DNA of 64,000 bases, taken from Chrysemys picta bellii. Its lineage: Eukaryota. The notes below the pieces were generated by a model. The model saw nothing but the letters and a program-made list of their open reading frames with translations. It searched no databases and was not told the DNA's origin. The stretch lies in contig NC_088801.1 of the NCBI RefSeq assembly GCF_011386835.1, forward strand, positions 77,500,001 to 77,564,000, in the 5' to 3' direction. Position numbers and translations under genes: made by a program. Positions 35,756-49,100 of this stretch are shown here, in pieces. Within the stretch, counting starts at the first letter, position 1. Each line of letters begins with the position of its first letter.

Positions 35756-37519
35756 TCCCACCCTCCTTCCCCTCTGTCGGAGTTGTCTGGCAAGAAGGAA
35801 CTGAGGGTGTGGGGAGCGTGCAGCTCCCCTTATACCGCGCCAGGCAGGCGCCACTCCAGGGGTTGCTAGGGGCTCCCCTATAGGTACTGCAGGGGAAAAA
35901 CTTCCGGCATCGGTGCACGTGACGAGCACGCACACCTACTGTGGAATAGACATGAGCAACACCTCTCGAAGTAAAAGACAGTTCCCTTTTCCGTAACTGT
36001 CTTTTACTTCCCCTCAGTTGTTGCTTGGGTGTTGCCAACCAGTCATCAAGTCCCAGGAAATGCCCTGTGCGCTCTCAGTGGTTGTGGCTTAAATTCTCTT
36101 GGTTTTTCAGTGAGCAGGTTCAAGTACTTTGCAGTCACAATTCCCAGCTGTGTGGGTGCCTCTGTTAGAGCCCCACAGCAGGACTGGGATCCCACAGGAC
36201 CCACTGCCATAATCACAGGAGAGGGTAAAATGTATTTTGTTGTGGGCAGGATGGAGTGGGCAAAAAAAAAACAGATTGCAGGAATTTGCAGGAAAACACT
36301 AAATACCTCGTCAGTTTACCAAGAGTAGCCGATTTGGGAAATTGCTAATTATTGTGTTTGAGCTTCTCTTTTCTATCCGTGTTTATCTCCCTCACTACAA
36401 ATCCGGTGTAGTGCACCAGCTCAAGTCAGGGCAGCGAATCACACTCAGAGGTTTTGTTTTTCTGATGCGCTCTAAAGTCGGCGGGGGGGGGTATGAAGGT
36501 TTTAAGTCTTGCACTTAAGGGAGGGATAGAAGGAGATTTGATGTCTATTATAACGAGTTGAAGTTTTGTTTTATGTGGTTTAAGCAAGATTTGTTTGATT
36601 CTTTTAGTGGTAAAAATTGTGTCTGAATTCTGTAATATGTTAACCGAATGTGGGGTTTTTCAGTAGCATGGTGGGATCTCTCTCTCTCTCGTGGGATGTA
36701 AGGTTTTTGCAGGTGGGAATGGAATAAAAATGCAAGAAACAATATGGGAGCGGGTGGGAGTGGGGATTGCGGGGAGTGGAGGGGTTAAAAAATAGGCCTG
36801 TGCAAGGCTCTACCTCCTTTCTAACTGCCTAACAAAAGAGATGGACTCTCTTTCTTTGTTTGTGGAGGAGCTGATGGCAGGAATGTTGCTCTCAGCGATG
36901 GAGGGGCGGTTATTTCCACAAGAGGCTTTCCTCTACCAACCCTCCTTGTCCGAGAGGGACGGAATTAATGAGACTCAATCTCTTAGTTGTTACGATTGAA
37001 CTCCTCTCTCATTGTAATGTCAGTCAAAGGCTTGGTAGCCCAGGCTGTCTTGGCACAACTGGAGGGAGGGTGGTACTTGCAATTCTGCTATCTCAAGAAG
37101 TCAGGCTTAATCCAGGTGTTTTTCTGCTGTAGAAGTCCTGGTACTGGTTTATGCTGGATTCTATCCAGCAAGCAGCTATGTAATCATTGTACAGAGCAGG
37201 TGTTGGAAATGAGCGTTCTATGTGAGACACAAGGAATATATTTCATACAGTACTCAGTGTTCGATATTCCCCCACAAAAAAGCTAGAAAAGAAAAAATCC
37301 TGCTCAGCTCACTGTTGATATCCAGAACAGTGCCAATGCTAACGGCATGTGAGATTCATTAAAAGGCAAGTTTAGTATAGCGTTAATTGCCTCCATGCCA
37401 TAATTGTGATCCTTTTGTTTTAAATTAGGAAAAAGACTTGTATACAGGGGCCCCATAAAATCTAATCACCCGCGGCCCACAGGAGAGTTAATCCGGCCCT
37501 GTGTCTACATGGAAATAAA

Positions 37520-37822
37520 TATTGAATAACAGGCTCTTCAGCCTAGCAGGGAAAGATCTAACACGATCGAATGGCTGGAAGCAGAAGCTAGACAAATTCA
37601 GACGGGAAATAAGGGGTACATTTTTAACAGGGAGAGTAATTAACCACTGGGACAATTTACCCAGGGTTGTGGTGGATTCTCCATCACTCACAAGGTTTAA
37701 ATCAAGACGGGATGCTTTTCTAAAGGATCAGCTCTGGGAATTATTGTGGGGAACCTCTCTGGCCTGTGCTATGCAGGAGATCAGACGAGGTGATCCGAGT
37801 GGTCCCTTCTGGCCTTGGAGCT
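37520..37822 (+). mobile_element. CR1 3' fragment
   Basis: ORF 37522-37824 (LFSLAGKDLTRSNGWK.KLDKFR.EIR..FLT.RVINHW..LPR.VVDSPSL) is the CR1 ORF2 C-terminus plus UTR. Confidence 0.88.
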
Positions 37823-38736
37823 GATGGAAAAAGCCTTTTCCCAAACTGATGGCCACACTGGTAATTTGCCATGAGCCTAAGGGCTGCAGTTTAATTGGCA
37901 TGAAATGGAAGAGACTGATTAGATTTAAAGCCAATGGGTATTGGCCCAACCATGTAATGCTCAAGTTTGAGCGGCGTGACCTTCTGCTTGGCTGAAGCTG
38001 GAACGCTGCCTCTCTGCTGTGACCTGGAATGCCGCTAGCAGTCCTCCCGAGGAAGTTGTGCGCCGTCGGATGTTTTGGTGCACAAGCACCCTTAAAATAC
38101 TCACTAATCACCATGGTACCCTGTAGCCGAGAGTGATTGCATAGCGGGTGGCGTGGCTTAGTGAATTGAGGAATGCTCTCTTGTTAGGGCATGTCTCTAT
38201 TGCAGAACTTCTTTTGGCCCTGGGCACATTCTGGACTTAGCTCAAAGTCCACCCCCTGGTCATCAGAGAGTCTGAGAATGTAATCCAGAAATGCCACGCG
38301 AGGAGCAGGAATGCAGAGGAGAGCCGTGGTTAGCGCTGGGGTCTGGCTGAAAACTGAGGCTGTGATCTGCGTCAAGGGATGTGTCTGTAGAGATGTAAGC
38401 ACTTCCTCCACACTCCTTCTCTCTCTCAGGGTGGGGCTCTGTAATACATAGATAATGTTACTGCTGAGTCAGGAAATGCCAACACTAAATTTGTCTACGG
38501 AATCTTAACTTCTGCCCCTCTTTGTGTGTGGCTTAATTACACTTGCATACTATTTCTCAAAGAACACAAATATTATACAATATTTTTCTTTTAAACCTAG
38601 ACACACAAATAGAGTGTCTTGTAATCTTATTTTTCATTGATACTTTTATGCTTCGGCAAATTTCATCTCTTAAATGCGGTAGTATTTCACTGTTGAACAA
38701 AACAGAAAGGAGCTAGGCCTATGAGAACCTATTTTA

Positions 38737-39150
38737 TAGGGCAGGCTGGGAATTTTGACTCAACTTTTTTTGTTGGGAAATGTCAGTTTGTCAAAATCAA
38801 AATGATTTGTGGGGAAGGGTCAGTTTCAATGAATCCCTTGTTTGGAAGAGTTTCAAAACTGTCAAGTCTCACCTTGACATTTTCCAGATGAAAAGTTCGA
38901 TATTTCAATTTGAAATGACTTTTTGTTTAGAAATGTAAATTAATTATAGTAATAAAATGCATTAAAAAAATTAAAGGGTGAAATGTAAATGAAAGATTTT
39001 GATTGACCCGACCCCACTGTTTCTTTTGCAGATTGTGTGCTCGCACATTTTTTTGAGACTTTGACTTTTCGTTCTGATTTAGGACAGCAACAAATTTCAA
39101 AGTCTTGAGAACTTTCCCAGGCCAAGAACAGCATTTCCTGCCCAATGCTA
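38737..39150. mobile_element. Old AT-rich non-autonomous DNA transposon (hAT-like)
   Basis: TAGGGC..GGG and CCCAATGCTA ends with an AT-rich interior carrying repeated ttttga/gaaatg motifs. Weak TIR match. Confidence 0.4.
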
Positions 39151-39270
39151 GTATTTTAGTAGTTATGTTGGCAACTTTGTACTGTTCCTATTTCTTTTCA
39201 TCTGGCAGTACAAAGTTCTGACGCTGCAACCTGTTCTGTTATGTGCATGCACTTCTCTCCCAGCTGGGTT

Positions 39271-39451
39271 GGGGGGAGGAATAGCTCAGTGGTTTGAGCA
39301 TTGGCCTGCTAAACCCAGGGTTGTGAGTTCAATCCTTGAGGGGGCGATTTGGGGCAAAAATCTGTCTAGGGATTGGTCCTGCTTTGAGCAGGGGGTTGGA
39401 CTAGATGACCTCCTGAGGTCATTTCCAACCCTGATATTCTATGATTCTATG
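39271..39451 (+). mobile_element. tRNA-derived turtle SINE (tortoise PolIII/Cry type) with CR1-derived 3' tail
   Basis: A box TAGCTCAGTGG and B box GTTCAATCC. The 3' part ggtcctgctttgagcaggggg...ttctatgattctatg matches the CR1 tail. Flanking TGGGTT duplication. Confidence 0.92.
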
Positions 39452-40479
39452 GGTTAGCTACGTGCACCCTACCACAGCTGTACTCTTCCCAGGGCTGGGG
39501 TGTATAATCTTACCATTCGTGATTCAGTCCCACAGATCCCAGTGTTCACTGAAAGACCCAAAGGCATTGCTTGTTTGGAAGCGCTGCCTCTTGTCAAAGC
39601 CCAGGGTCTGTCCCTAGCTATTTTGGTGCTAGTGGGTTTTTTTCTAATGTTAGAAAATATTCACATCGTTTCACAGTCACCCTTTTCCATAGCTTGAACT
39701 GTTTTTACTCAAACTTTCTAACAGATCTCGCCATATCAATCGCTTCAGGCTCCACGCCTGGAATAGCTCCGTGAGAAAGAGCAAACACTTCAAAAACAAC
39801 TTGGGCCACTGGAAAACGGAGGACTCCATATGCAGCCTAACCCATAGCATTTGCTGCTGCCCCTGCTATAATTAGGTAATGCATAACAGTCTTGCAATTC
39901 ACCCTGAAAGCACCGATATCTTTCTGGCGCCACCCTGCTGGGCTTTTCTTCCTGTAACAGATAAAAGCTGAAATGTTTCCCTTGCCCATCCTCACAGTTT
40001 CATCCTACAGACAGTTGCAGGGTGAGAGTGTCACTTTGTTCTGCTGGGCGCCTGAAAATGTCTACACAGGAGCAGCCCGTTTGCTATAGACTCTGCTGTG
40101 TTCTCTGGCTTCCTTTGTGCTGCACATTGCAAGCTCCCCTTCTCCAGTCCCATCCCAGTGATCGTTTTAATCTGCAGCTTGGTTTAGACGCTCACATTAT
40201 CATTGTGTGTGCCACTCTCCTGAATGAAACAATAGCCTGAGAAGGCAGGAAGCACATGTATTCATTATATTTAAAAATAATCATGTGTCAAACCAACAGC
40301 TGAGATAAGACCAACTCAGAGTCTAAAAACCAGCAGTGGAGACATCCAAGAATGGGGGATCCATCTGTTCCCACCCAACTCAAATGCAAACAAGGTTTCC
40401 TCACAATATAATCCTTTGGAGTGCAACCACTTAGTCTGTGCATTCAGAGACGAGACAAACGTGGCCATCTGAACAGCAC

Positions 40480-40800
40480 AGGTTTCTTAAGGAGCTGAGG
40501 AGACTTGCTCCAACATTATGGGGGCACAACATGCAGTGATACCAATGTAGAAATACCTTCAGAGAGGAAAATATTGGGTACTAAGGCCTCTTTGATCTGG
40601 CAGAGAAAGGCGAAACAAGAGCCAGTAGTTGGAAGCTGAAGCCAGACCAATTCAAATTGGAAATAAAACACAAATGTTTCACGGCAAGGGTGCTTTGTTG
40701 GGCTCAATATGGGGAAACGGGTGAAGTGTAATGGCCTGTGTTATACAGGAGGTGGGACTAGGTGGTTTAATGGCCCCTACTGGCTTTAAACTCTATGACA
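40480..40800 (+). mobile_element. Old CR1 3' fragment
   Basis: ggaagctgaagccagaccaattcaaattggaaataaaacac (KLKPDQFKLEIKH) and a UTR end gactaggtggtttaatggcccctactggctttaaactctatga. Confidence 0.7.
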
Positions 40801-41588
40801 ATGGAAGTTCCCAAGAATCCTCATTCTGTGAGACCTTAGCATTCGCAACGAGGTGTCTCATGCAGTGGCCCAAAGTCTCCTCCCTACCCCTTCCACTCTT
40901 GGAATCCTACAGCAGTTTCCATACTTTCCCTGGGTCAGGCCGTTGAACTGGACTTGGATGTAGAGAAGAGAAAAATTACCCTTTCAATTCTAGTTAGACT
41001 ACCACCTTCTGGAGGTGGAGATCCAAACTCTCCCGGTCTCTGGGCAAGAGGAATGTCCTGTCATCACGGTGTGTCGCAGACAGCTCCCGGAACCAAGTGA
41101 ATACAAACATGTCAATAAAAGAAGTTTACCCAAGTGAGATATCAACTAGCAGAGACTCTGGCCACTCTGACGTGGAAACAGCCCCTCCCCTGCATTACTC
41201 CTATGGATCTTGGTGGCAGATGAAGCCGTAAATAAGAAAATTCATGCAACAGTGGTGAAAAATACAAGCAGATTCTTTGCCTCAGCCTTGGAATTCCTTG
41301 TGCTGGTGTCTTAGACTTTTCAGAAGAGGCCAAGAGATCCTACTTCTTTCTCCATCATAAGTCACTAAATTGCATCTTGCTGAACTATTCTTAGGCATGA
41401 ATGGCTTTGCCAGCCTTTGCTCAGCTCCAGAACTAAGTAGCAACCATGCTCCCCGTCAAGAATTCTGCCTACCATACAGGAGAATTTACCTGCCTTCCAG
41501 ATGACTTTCCTGGACGCCGGGAACCTTGCCTTGAGTTCGGATCCAATCATCGGATGTCTTCTCTATCAGAACTCCCTCCCTGCCTAGA

Positions 41589-41800
41589 GAGGAAGGATGG
41601 TCCAGTGGCTAAGGCACTAAGCTGGGACTCTGGTGACCTGCTCAGCCACATCCTCCCTGTGCGACCTTGGTCAATTCACTTAGTTTCTCTGCGCCTCAGC
41701 CCTCCAGCTGTAGCCTGGGGGTAATTGCCCTGGGGCTGTAGGATAAACACATTAACGACTGCGAGACGATCAGACACTGTGGAAATGGGGGCCAAAGAAC
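41589..41800 (+). mobile_element. MIR-like CORE-SINE
   Basis: tRNA-like head ggatggtccagtggctaaggcac..gggactc, then tgcgaccttggtcaattcactta..tctctgcgcctcag (CORE). Confidence 0.7.
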
Positions 41801-44800
41801 CACCTCTGAGGGGAAATCCTGCAAGTACTGATGGAAATCCCAGAGTCTACCTAGCCTCTGGTCCTTGCCTTCCAGCCATGAGCGGATACTCCTCTCTCTT
41901 TCTGTACAGAGGTAACTAAATCATCACCCCTGGAGTGCACAACAGTCTGACCAGTAGTGAAATAGGAAACAAACAAGGAAGGTGGCTGGATGCATTCGAC
42001 CCCCGACTCTCCCCTCTCGTTCTTGCACGTGCTGAGACGCTAACGAAGCCGCGCTGATGGTGCCGTTGGCAAGGGGCATTCAGATCGTTGCTGGATCTCT
42101 CCATGGAATGAGATCCCATCGCTATGGGATGCTGCTGTCCCCCCGTAAAGAGGTAACGCAGTAAGGGGCCTGCTGTGCTTTCTTCCAGGCCCACCCCACG
42201 TGGGGAGCTGTTTCTCTGTCCTTGGAGTCCCTCTGTGGAGTGCCACCAGGCTCGAGTCTCTCCTCCTGCCCTGCTCACACTTCGTGTGGGGCTGCTGGAG
42301 GAGACTGGGGGACAACACAGACTCAAAGCCATCAATGAAGCCCTGACACCCAGCTGTCCACCTTCCCTAGGTCCCCAGCAGAGCATTGTCTCGCAGCTCT
42401 CTGTGACAGGGGAACGTCAGCACCTGGATGCAGAGGTGATACTGGGGGGGGGGGGGGGGAGGAGGGGAGGTGCTTTGGAGGTCTTGTCATCACCTCTGAC
42501 GCCATCAGGTCGTCAGGTTAGTTCCTGACCGCAGGTTCTTCTGTGGGTACCCAAAGAGCGATGGTAGTGAGACGTGCCTTCCTGCACTGTGCCACGGCCG
42601 TCCAGTTCGGACGTGCCTGGGTGGGCTTGCAGTGCATCTCAACTATTGCAATGCGACCTTGCTTGGGGAGAAAGCACTGCTGGGCTCCGAATGCAGCAGC
42701 TCGCCTACTTCAGGCAGGCAGGCCTCAGAAAGCCTGTCGCTCTGGGAGATTGCGCAAAAGCCTGGGAACGTTTCCAAATTCTGAGCTGTACCAAGCGCTT
42801 GGAGGGAGCTTGGTGCAGTCGCTCAGAAGGAAATCAAATGCAGTGTCTGTGTTGAAAGGTGTAACGTTGGCTCTTTCCTAGAGAGGTGGATTGAACACAT
42901 CAAACAGCCACACATTTCTCCTAGGGATTTTTCCTCTCCTTTTAAGCTGCTCTCTGGAGACACAAGGTATGTGTGCAGGGGACATGCAGTTCAGAAAGGG
43001 GGTATCCCCTTGTCTCTCTCACCTATTTAACAAAAGGCGAACAGTGAAGGTTGCACGGATACCCTCACGCTCTGGCTACCCAGTCAGCTAGCAAGGTTTT
43101 TACAGCCAGAGACTCTCAGTAACTGTGGAGGTTCCCAGACTCCTGATCCCTTTTGCACCTTCTGTGAGAAAGTCGAGTGACGGGTAATCTTATCGGAAGG
43201 CAGGAAAGTGACTTGTGTACGGAATGGAAGGTTTTGGGGAGACGTTTTAAAATGCAGGCCTGCAAGGCATTGTCAAAAGGGCTGTCACAATTTCCTCTCA
43301 CATCACTAAACCCGGAGGAGTCTGAACTGTTGGTAAACGTGGCTATTTCTGGGCTCTGCAGGAGAAATCAGACAGCTTCCTGGCTTTGTCTCTTGTTTTT
43401 CAAAACTGGGAACTTCTGTAGGAGCTCGGTGTGGGCCGTCGCCCTCATTCCCTGCTGTTGTAGGAGCTCCGTGTTAGCATCGCCCCATTGCCTCACCCAC
43501 ACACTACACATCTCCTGTGCGAGCTGCCCTCTGTATTGGAAAGCAAGCACTTTATTCATTGTCCCTGTGGCGGTCCACGGTCTACATGGCAATGGGTGCA
43601 GGGCTCGCCTGTGATGTCACAAAGGGTGGAATGTTGGGTAAACATTTGGGAAAAGAGGATGACCCATCCAGAGAACAAGCTGCCCCTTGGCGCTCTCGGA
43701 CGACGCTGAATTGGATGGCAGCAACAAGGAGCTGGTCTGTCCCTGCGGCTTCTGCTAAAGCCGAGGTTCTGCAGACATTCTGGGGAACTTGCTATCCCAG
43801 TGGGGAGGGGAGAGCTTGGAGCTGTGTATCTCCGTTGTGTCCCTCGCGGAGTTCTCTCGTCACGTCGTGAGAGCAAACCAATGACTCACTGCCCTGCAGC
43901 TACTTACTAAAGGAGTACTGTTACCAAGGCACTTTTTAAACTCTTGCTGTGTGAAGGCAGGTTTCTCATGTACAGGCAGCCAGGAATGAGTGTGTCTGCT
44001 CCCCTCTTGGCACAAATATCAGATGGATTCGAAGTGGGGTGGGTCTGTCCGTGTCACAGTTGTCTCTGTTGGGGTTAGCGGCTAGGACACTGGGGAACTT
44101 GCATGTGAATGGAGGGCAAAGGGGCAGCTTTGTATTCCATGGATGCTGGAAGCTAGAACAGAACCGTGCGATAAAAAGGCACTCCTGCCTGGATGCCCTT
44201 TGTCTTTTAAATCAGTCAGGGCAACGCTTCATGCCTGCCCGTGCTTTCTCTGCAGCGTGAGGCTGTTCACGTTTCTCCTGAGGACCATGGCATGAGGACA
44301 GGGGCAAGAGAAGGGAAGCTGGTTTCAAAGCATGGATGTGCCAGCCTAGATCAACTCACAACAACTTTCTTTGGTGTGTGCTCGAGTGTTTGACCCTTGT
44401 TTCTTCCTGTGCCGTAGCTCGGAGGCTGCTGTGAAGTTCTGCAGCACTTGAGCATCATGGAGGCATGGCAGTGACGCTCTAGCGCTTTCCACTGGACGTC
44501 TGCTCCTCCGATTGCCAAGAAGTTCTGCTGCCTCTTTTTCAGGTCATTGTTCAGCGTGTATCTCTCTCCCCCCTTCCTCCTCTGCACTCCAGCCTGTTCT
44601 GTTACTTGTGAGAGAAGTGCATTAACCAGGATCTTTCCCCAGTGTCTGACAAGAGGCTGACAAACACTATGCCGGAGAAGAGACGCTTGTCTAACAAATG
44701 CCCCTCTGAACATTGCCTGGGAGATCCTTGGTAGCTGGGAACTGTCCATTGGTTAGGCTGGCCTTCAGCTACCGTAAGTCAGTCTGTTGGCATTGTGGCA

Positions 44801-45823
44801 GATTCTGATAGCCTTACTCACGCTGAGTAGCACCTTACTCTGGAAGTAGTCCTGTTGAAGTCCATGAGAATGCTTGTGGAATAAGGTATCAGAATCTGAC
44901 CCATAGCAAGTAGATACGTAAGCAATTAGCGTGTGTGTATGTAAAAAGAGGTACAGCTGTATTCACGAATACAGCAGACCTTTGGACTCTTTAAAAGGGC
45001 TTGCCCATGAGAACCTTCCCTTACAGAAATGTCTTTGTCCTGATATTGAACCATTCCACATTCGGCTGCTGTTTAACAGTCTAGCAGAGGAGGATTTTAT
45101 TTTTAAGTCAGCTGTGGTTGCCAAGTGAAAACAGATGGACTTTCCTTTGGAGCCCTTGCTGTTAGATTTCTGGAAATTAGACTAATCTGATGCTGACACT
45201 CTCTTCTTGTCATTCGCGTCTCTGCTGCACTCGCTGGCTCGCTCCTGCTACCGACATGCGCGATGTCATCTCCAGGTTCCATTACAAATATTTTCAAAGG
45301 AATTCAAGTCAAGCTGCCTCTTTTGTTGCAGTATTCCCCCGTTAATTCAGGTCTGGTGTCCGGCGTACCAGTAACACACATGCTCTGCTCGCTTTCAGCT
45401 GCTGGGCGGGAACCTGCAACGCAGGACCGGCAGTGGCCAGGCCTGACCAGTTAAAAATCAAGTTTTATTTTGCACTTTGAGAATTGCCAGTATGGAGATG
45501 ATTTGGTTTCACACTGGCTGTAAGTAAGAGACGGGGCAGAAGTGAGCAGAGAGAAGGGGCTGGCAGGAGGGGGTGACAGTCTGGGACAAGGAGGAGAGGG
45601 GCAGAGTCGGACTGTTACGTTCTAAATACGAGGATCCACCTGCAGCGTGGGTTTCTGGATAACTTGACTGGCTTTTTCTAGAGGCAAGTGGGACAAGGGC
45701 GTGTTTGTGTGTGAAATGAACAGCATGAACGGGAACACCCGGACTGACCTGATCTGTCCAGGAGCAGCTGTTGGTGTCTGTGCTGTAAAAGTCACAAAGG
45801 TGTTTGTCAAATGTAAACCCCGC

Positions 45824-46191
45824 AGGCCTGGTCTACACAGCTTACGTTGACCTACCTCTGTAACCGTTACACTGAAACGTAGCTCCCGCCGACGTAACTC
45901 GCCCACTACACCGACGTAATAACTCCACCTCTGGGAAAGGTGTAGCGCTTCAGCAATGTAGTTAGTGCGAGACAGTGTCCGTGTAGACCCTGTGTTGCTT
46001 ACATTGACCTTTCAGAAGCCGTCCCACAGTGCCCCACACTTACAGTTAAATCGGTGCAAGCGCTCCTGGTGAGAACGCGCACCGCTGACACAAGGAGCGT
46101 AGTGTGGACATGCAAAAGCAATTTAATGGCTGCGGTGGCTGTACATCACCGTAACTTAGGTTGACTCAATTTTGTAGTGTAGATTTGCCCT
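45824..46191. mobile_element. PIF/Harbinger-type MITE
   Basis: AGGCCTGGTCTACAC / TAGTGTAGATTTGCCCT TIRs, with internal gtgtagac and gtgtggac sub-repeats. Confidence 0.75.
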
Positions 46192-49100
46192 CGGTCTGTT
46201 CTGGCCTCTCCGGGCAGTAGTTTCTCCACGCCTGGTTCCTCGCTAATTCCCATTGCTGTAATTTCATAGCCACAAAGCCACTCCAGAGGGAGCTCTCAGA
46301 AGCACCCAAAGGATTTAGGAGCACAAATCCCGTCAAAGCGTGATGCTCAGGCAGGCAAGCGCAGCCCATTCGGCCCGTCCCAATCCCCTTTGTTCTCACA
46401 CGTGGTGAAGGCACCGTCAAGGCTCTCGTGCACTTGTGACTGATTGGGCAGGGGCAGAGGATTAACTCTCCGGTCACTTTGCACAATGACCTGTCAGCCT
46501 GTGTAGCAGCTCTTGTGAGCCTGTCTGCGCCCCAGTGGGCAGCCTGGGCCAGCCTGGAAATCCTGTCGTAAGCATTGAATGTTTGTTTGTTTGGCTTCAC
46601 ACACAGCATTTGGGATGGCATCTTAATAGTGGCTGAGGAGGGGTTGAACTGTAGCTAGCGAGGTGAGCGCTCTCCTGGTAGCCATTTCCCGGCAGAGGCT
46701 GACTGCCCGCATTCCTGACGAAGGGAGACACGTTTTTTCTGTCTCATTTGAACAAACATCAAATGGTGCAAAGACTCTGAATAACCAGGTCAGAGAAAGG
46801 AAAGAGGGCAGGGACCGAGTGGGTCTGATTGTACCTCCCCCTGCTTTTCAGTGGCTAGGCCCTCCCCCCACTGTCGGTCCTGGGTCAGACCTAAGCTGGC
46901 ATGTACACAATGGCCATCAAGCATTGTTCGAGGCCTGCTTTTGTTCAGTGAATGATAAGGGGGGCCTAATCCACTCCGGGCTGAAATCCGGTTACAAAAC
47001 CCCCCTTGGACACAGTTCCTGCTCTGTCCCTCTCACCCAGCTTGGCCGGAGAACGTGAGACCCTCCTAAGCTGGAACCCAGCTTTTAAACAGAGCTGAAA
47101 CGGTTTGGTTCCCCCCTCCCCCCGCCGTTACTTGGCCAAACCTTGGGATGGCTGGTACTATTTCTAATGTTTATACAGCGCCACAAGTTCGCATGGTACT
47201 TTACAGAAATAAACATCTCACCCAGACAAGCAGAGGAAACGGGCACCAGGCAAGGGAGGGAACGGGTGTTAAAGCAGAGATGTTGTGAGTCCTGTTAGGT
47301 CACCTGTCAGTCTAAGCTCCAGGAGGCGTTGCAGGGGGAGAGCGGGCATGCTGGGGCTCCTGCGTTAGGCTTATTGCTGAAGTCCTGTTTTCTGTTACGT
47401 TGGTGTAGCGGACGGCAACGCCGGCAGTGCTATTGCAGTCAAGGACCCTTTGCCGCTGGAGTCTTCCTACCCCCTGGTTTAACCCTGTTAGAACCCAGGG
47501 GCTTTTGTTGGTTTGTTTTCTGGTGCAATGTCCCTTGGGAGAGGAGGGAACAGCGTCCATGTGTGGTAATGTTCCAGGCCTTACCCAGTGAGCTGGAGGG
47601 ACAGCGTCTCTGGCTAAGCCAGTCAGGTCTATGCCCTCGAGCAGGGGCGTGGTGCCTGCTGCCCCAGCCCACGGGTTTGCTACGCGTTCAGCGGGAGGCC
47701 CTGCAGTAAACGATACGCTGTGCCGTTCAGTTTGCCATTAGATTTTAGGTACCGTTTTTCAGATTTGCTAGTGACACAGTTTTCTCAGACTGAGCCCCAA
47801 GTAGGCTAGCTCTGAGAATTGCTCTTGCAGGCTGCGCTCCCTGTTCCTCTGATCCTACAGCTGTTCAGCGCTCACTCCCGCTGGGCAGTTAGGCGTGCTA
47901 GCGGCAGGCTCTGCCCTCAAGAGCTTGCTGTCGCACTGGATGAACCAAATAGTAGCGGACATAGAGCTCCTACGGACAGATCTTGGTTAGGTTTCTTTTC
48001 CCTAACCCATCTCGTTCCAGGCCAGGTGCCTCCACCACAGTGTCCTTCCCCTCAGCGCAGCCTGACAACGTTGTAGTGCTTTGATGAGCCCTCCCTAGTG
48101 TGTCTGACTCCCACTGTGCACGTTGCTGGGCCATGCTGCCCTGTAAGGAGCATCCCCCCGCTGTGCTCCCTGACTGTCCGGATGGCTTTAAAGCTGTGCT
48201 GGTGTGAGTGGGCTCCAGCCAGCCCTGAGTCCCTGCAGCTCAGTGCTCCCCATTCCCCGCTGCCCCATTGGTCCGTGTCCTCAGGCGGTGGAGGGTAGGG
48301 GGAGGAGGGCGGCGGGTACCTTCCCGTGCCCTGAATGAGGCTGCTGCCAGCTGGGGAGTGACTGGGGGTGGCAGGGGAGGTTCAGCTGGCTTCCCACCAC
48401 CATACTGCTGCTCGGCGGCTGCATCCCGTTTGTCTCTGCAGGGGAGCTGTGGCTGTCCTGGGGAGCTGGCTGGTGGGTTCTGCCATGTGTCCTGGGAGAC
48501 AGGTGGCAGACTGGAGGCCCCAGAGTGCCTGCCTTTGAGTGGAAATACAAGGCTGTGCTGCAGGGATATGGCTCCTCCGTTGGGCTTGAGTATAAATGAA
48601 GGCGACCCCCTTAGGTTCTGGAGCTGCATGAAACACCTTCTCCTGCTTGTCCCAGCTAGGGAGGTGCAGCAGCTCGGCCAGGAACGGCCACACCCTGTTG
48701 CCGGCTGCTCGCTGAGAGACTGCACGGCACACAGCACGGCCGGGGGAGCAGGGCCAGTCGCTAATGTTAGGCGGAAGGAAAGATGGAAATGAACGTGATG
48801 GGTTGAGCTGTGTAACTGGGAACGTGGTGGAGGCTTGGGCAGTTCGGGCAAGGAAGGCACAAAGGAGGGGTACTGAGGGACTCGAGCGGATGCTGGCCCT
48901 GGTTGTGCTGAGGGCACCTTGCCATTCGACTTCCACGTGGCATTGTCTGATGCTTCTCCGGTAGCGCGAACCAAGTCAGGTGACTTTCAGGCCCTCCAGA
49001 TTGGCTAGCTTGGAAAAACACCCTTACCTGGGGGCCTGTCCATTGCAGGTTGCAGGCCGAAGGAATGCAGCCACTTCCCTGAATTGGAGCCCTTTCAATT

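Larger units (their letters stand above)
31335..36004 (+). mobile_element. DIRS1-like tyrosine-recombinase retrotransposon, internally deleted and decayed
   Basis: Inverted terminal repeats (31335-~31500 vs ~35785-36004) and an ICR. Gag-like, RT (YYSRYFLIPKAKGGFRPIL; LDLQDAYFHI; PYLDDWLV) and YR (VAFLVAITSAR.VSEL; KAHLTRAQASS; AATWSS) remnants. Confidence 0.93.

Noticed and set aside
39271-39345. tRNA gene
   Set aside because: The A/B boxes run directly into a CR1 tail and there is no complete cloverleaf; it is a SINE head.
48240-49021. Cluster of 170-240-aa overlapping ORFs
   Set aside because: GC-rich sequence with open frames on both strands, low-complexity translations and no recognisable motif.
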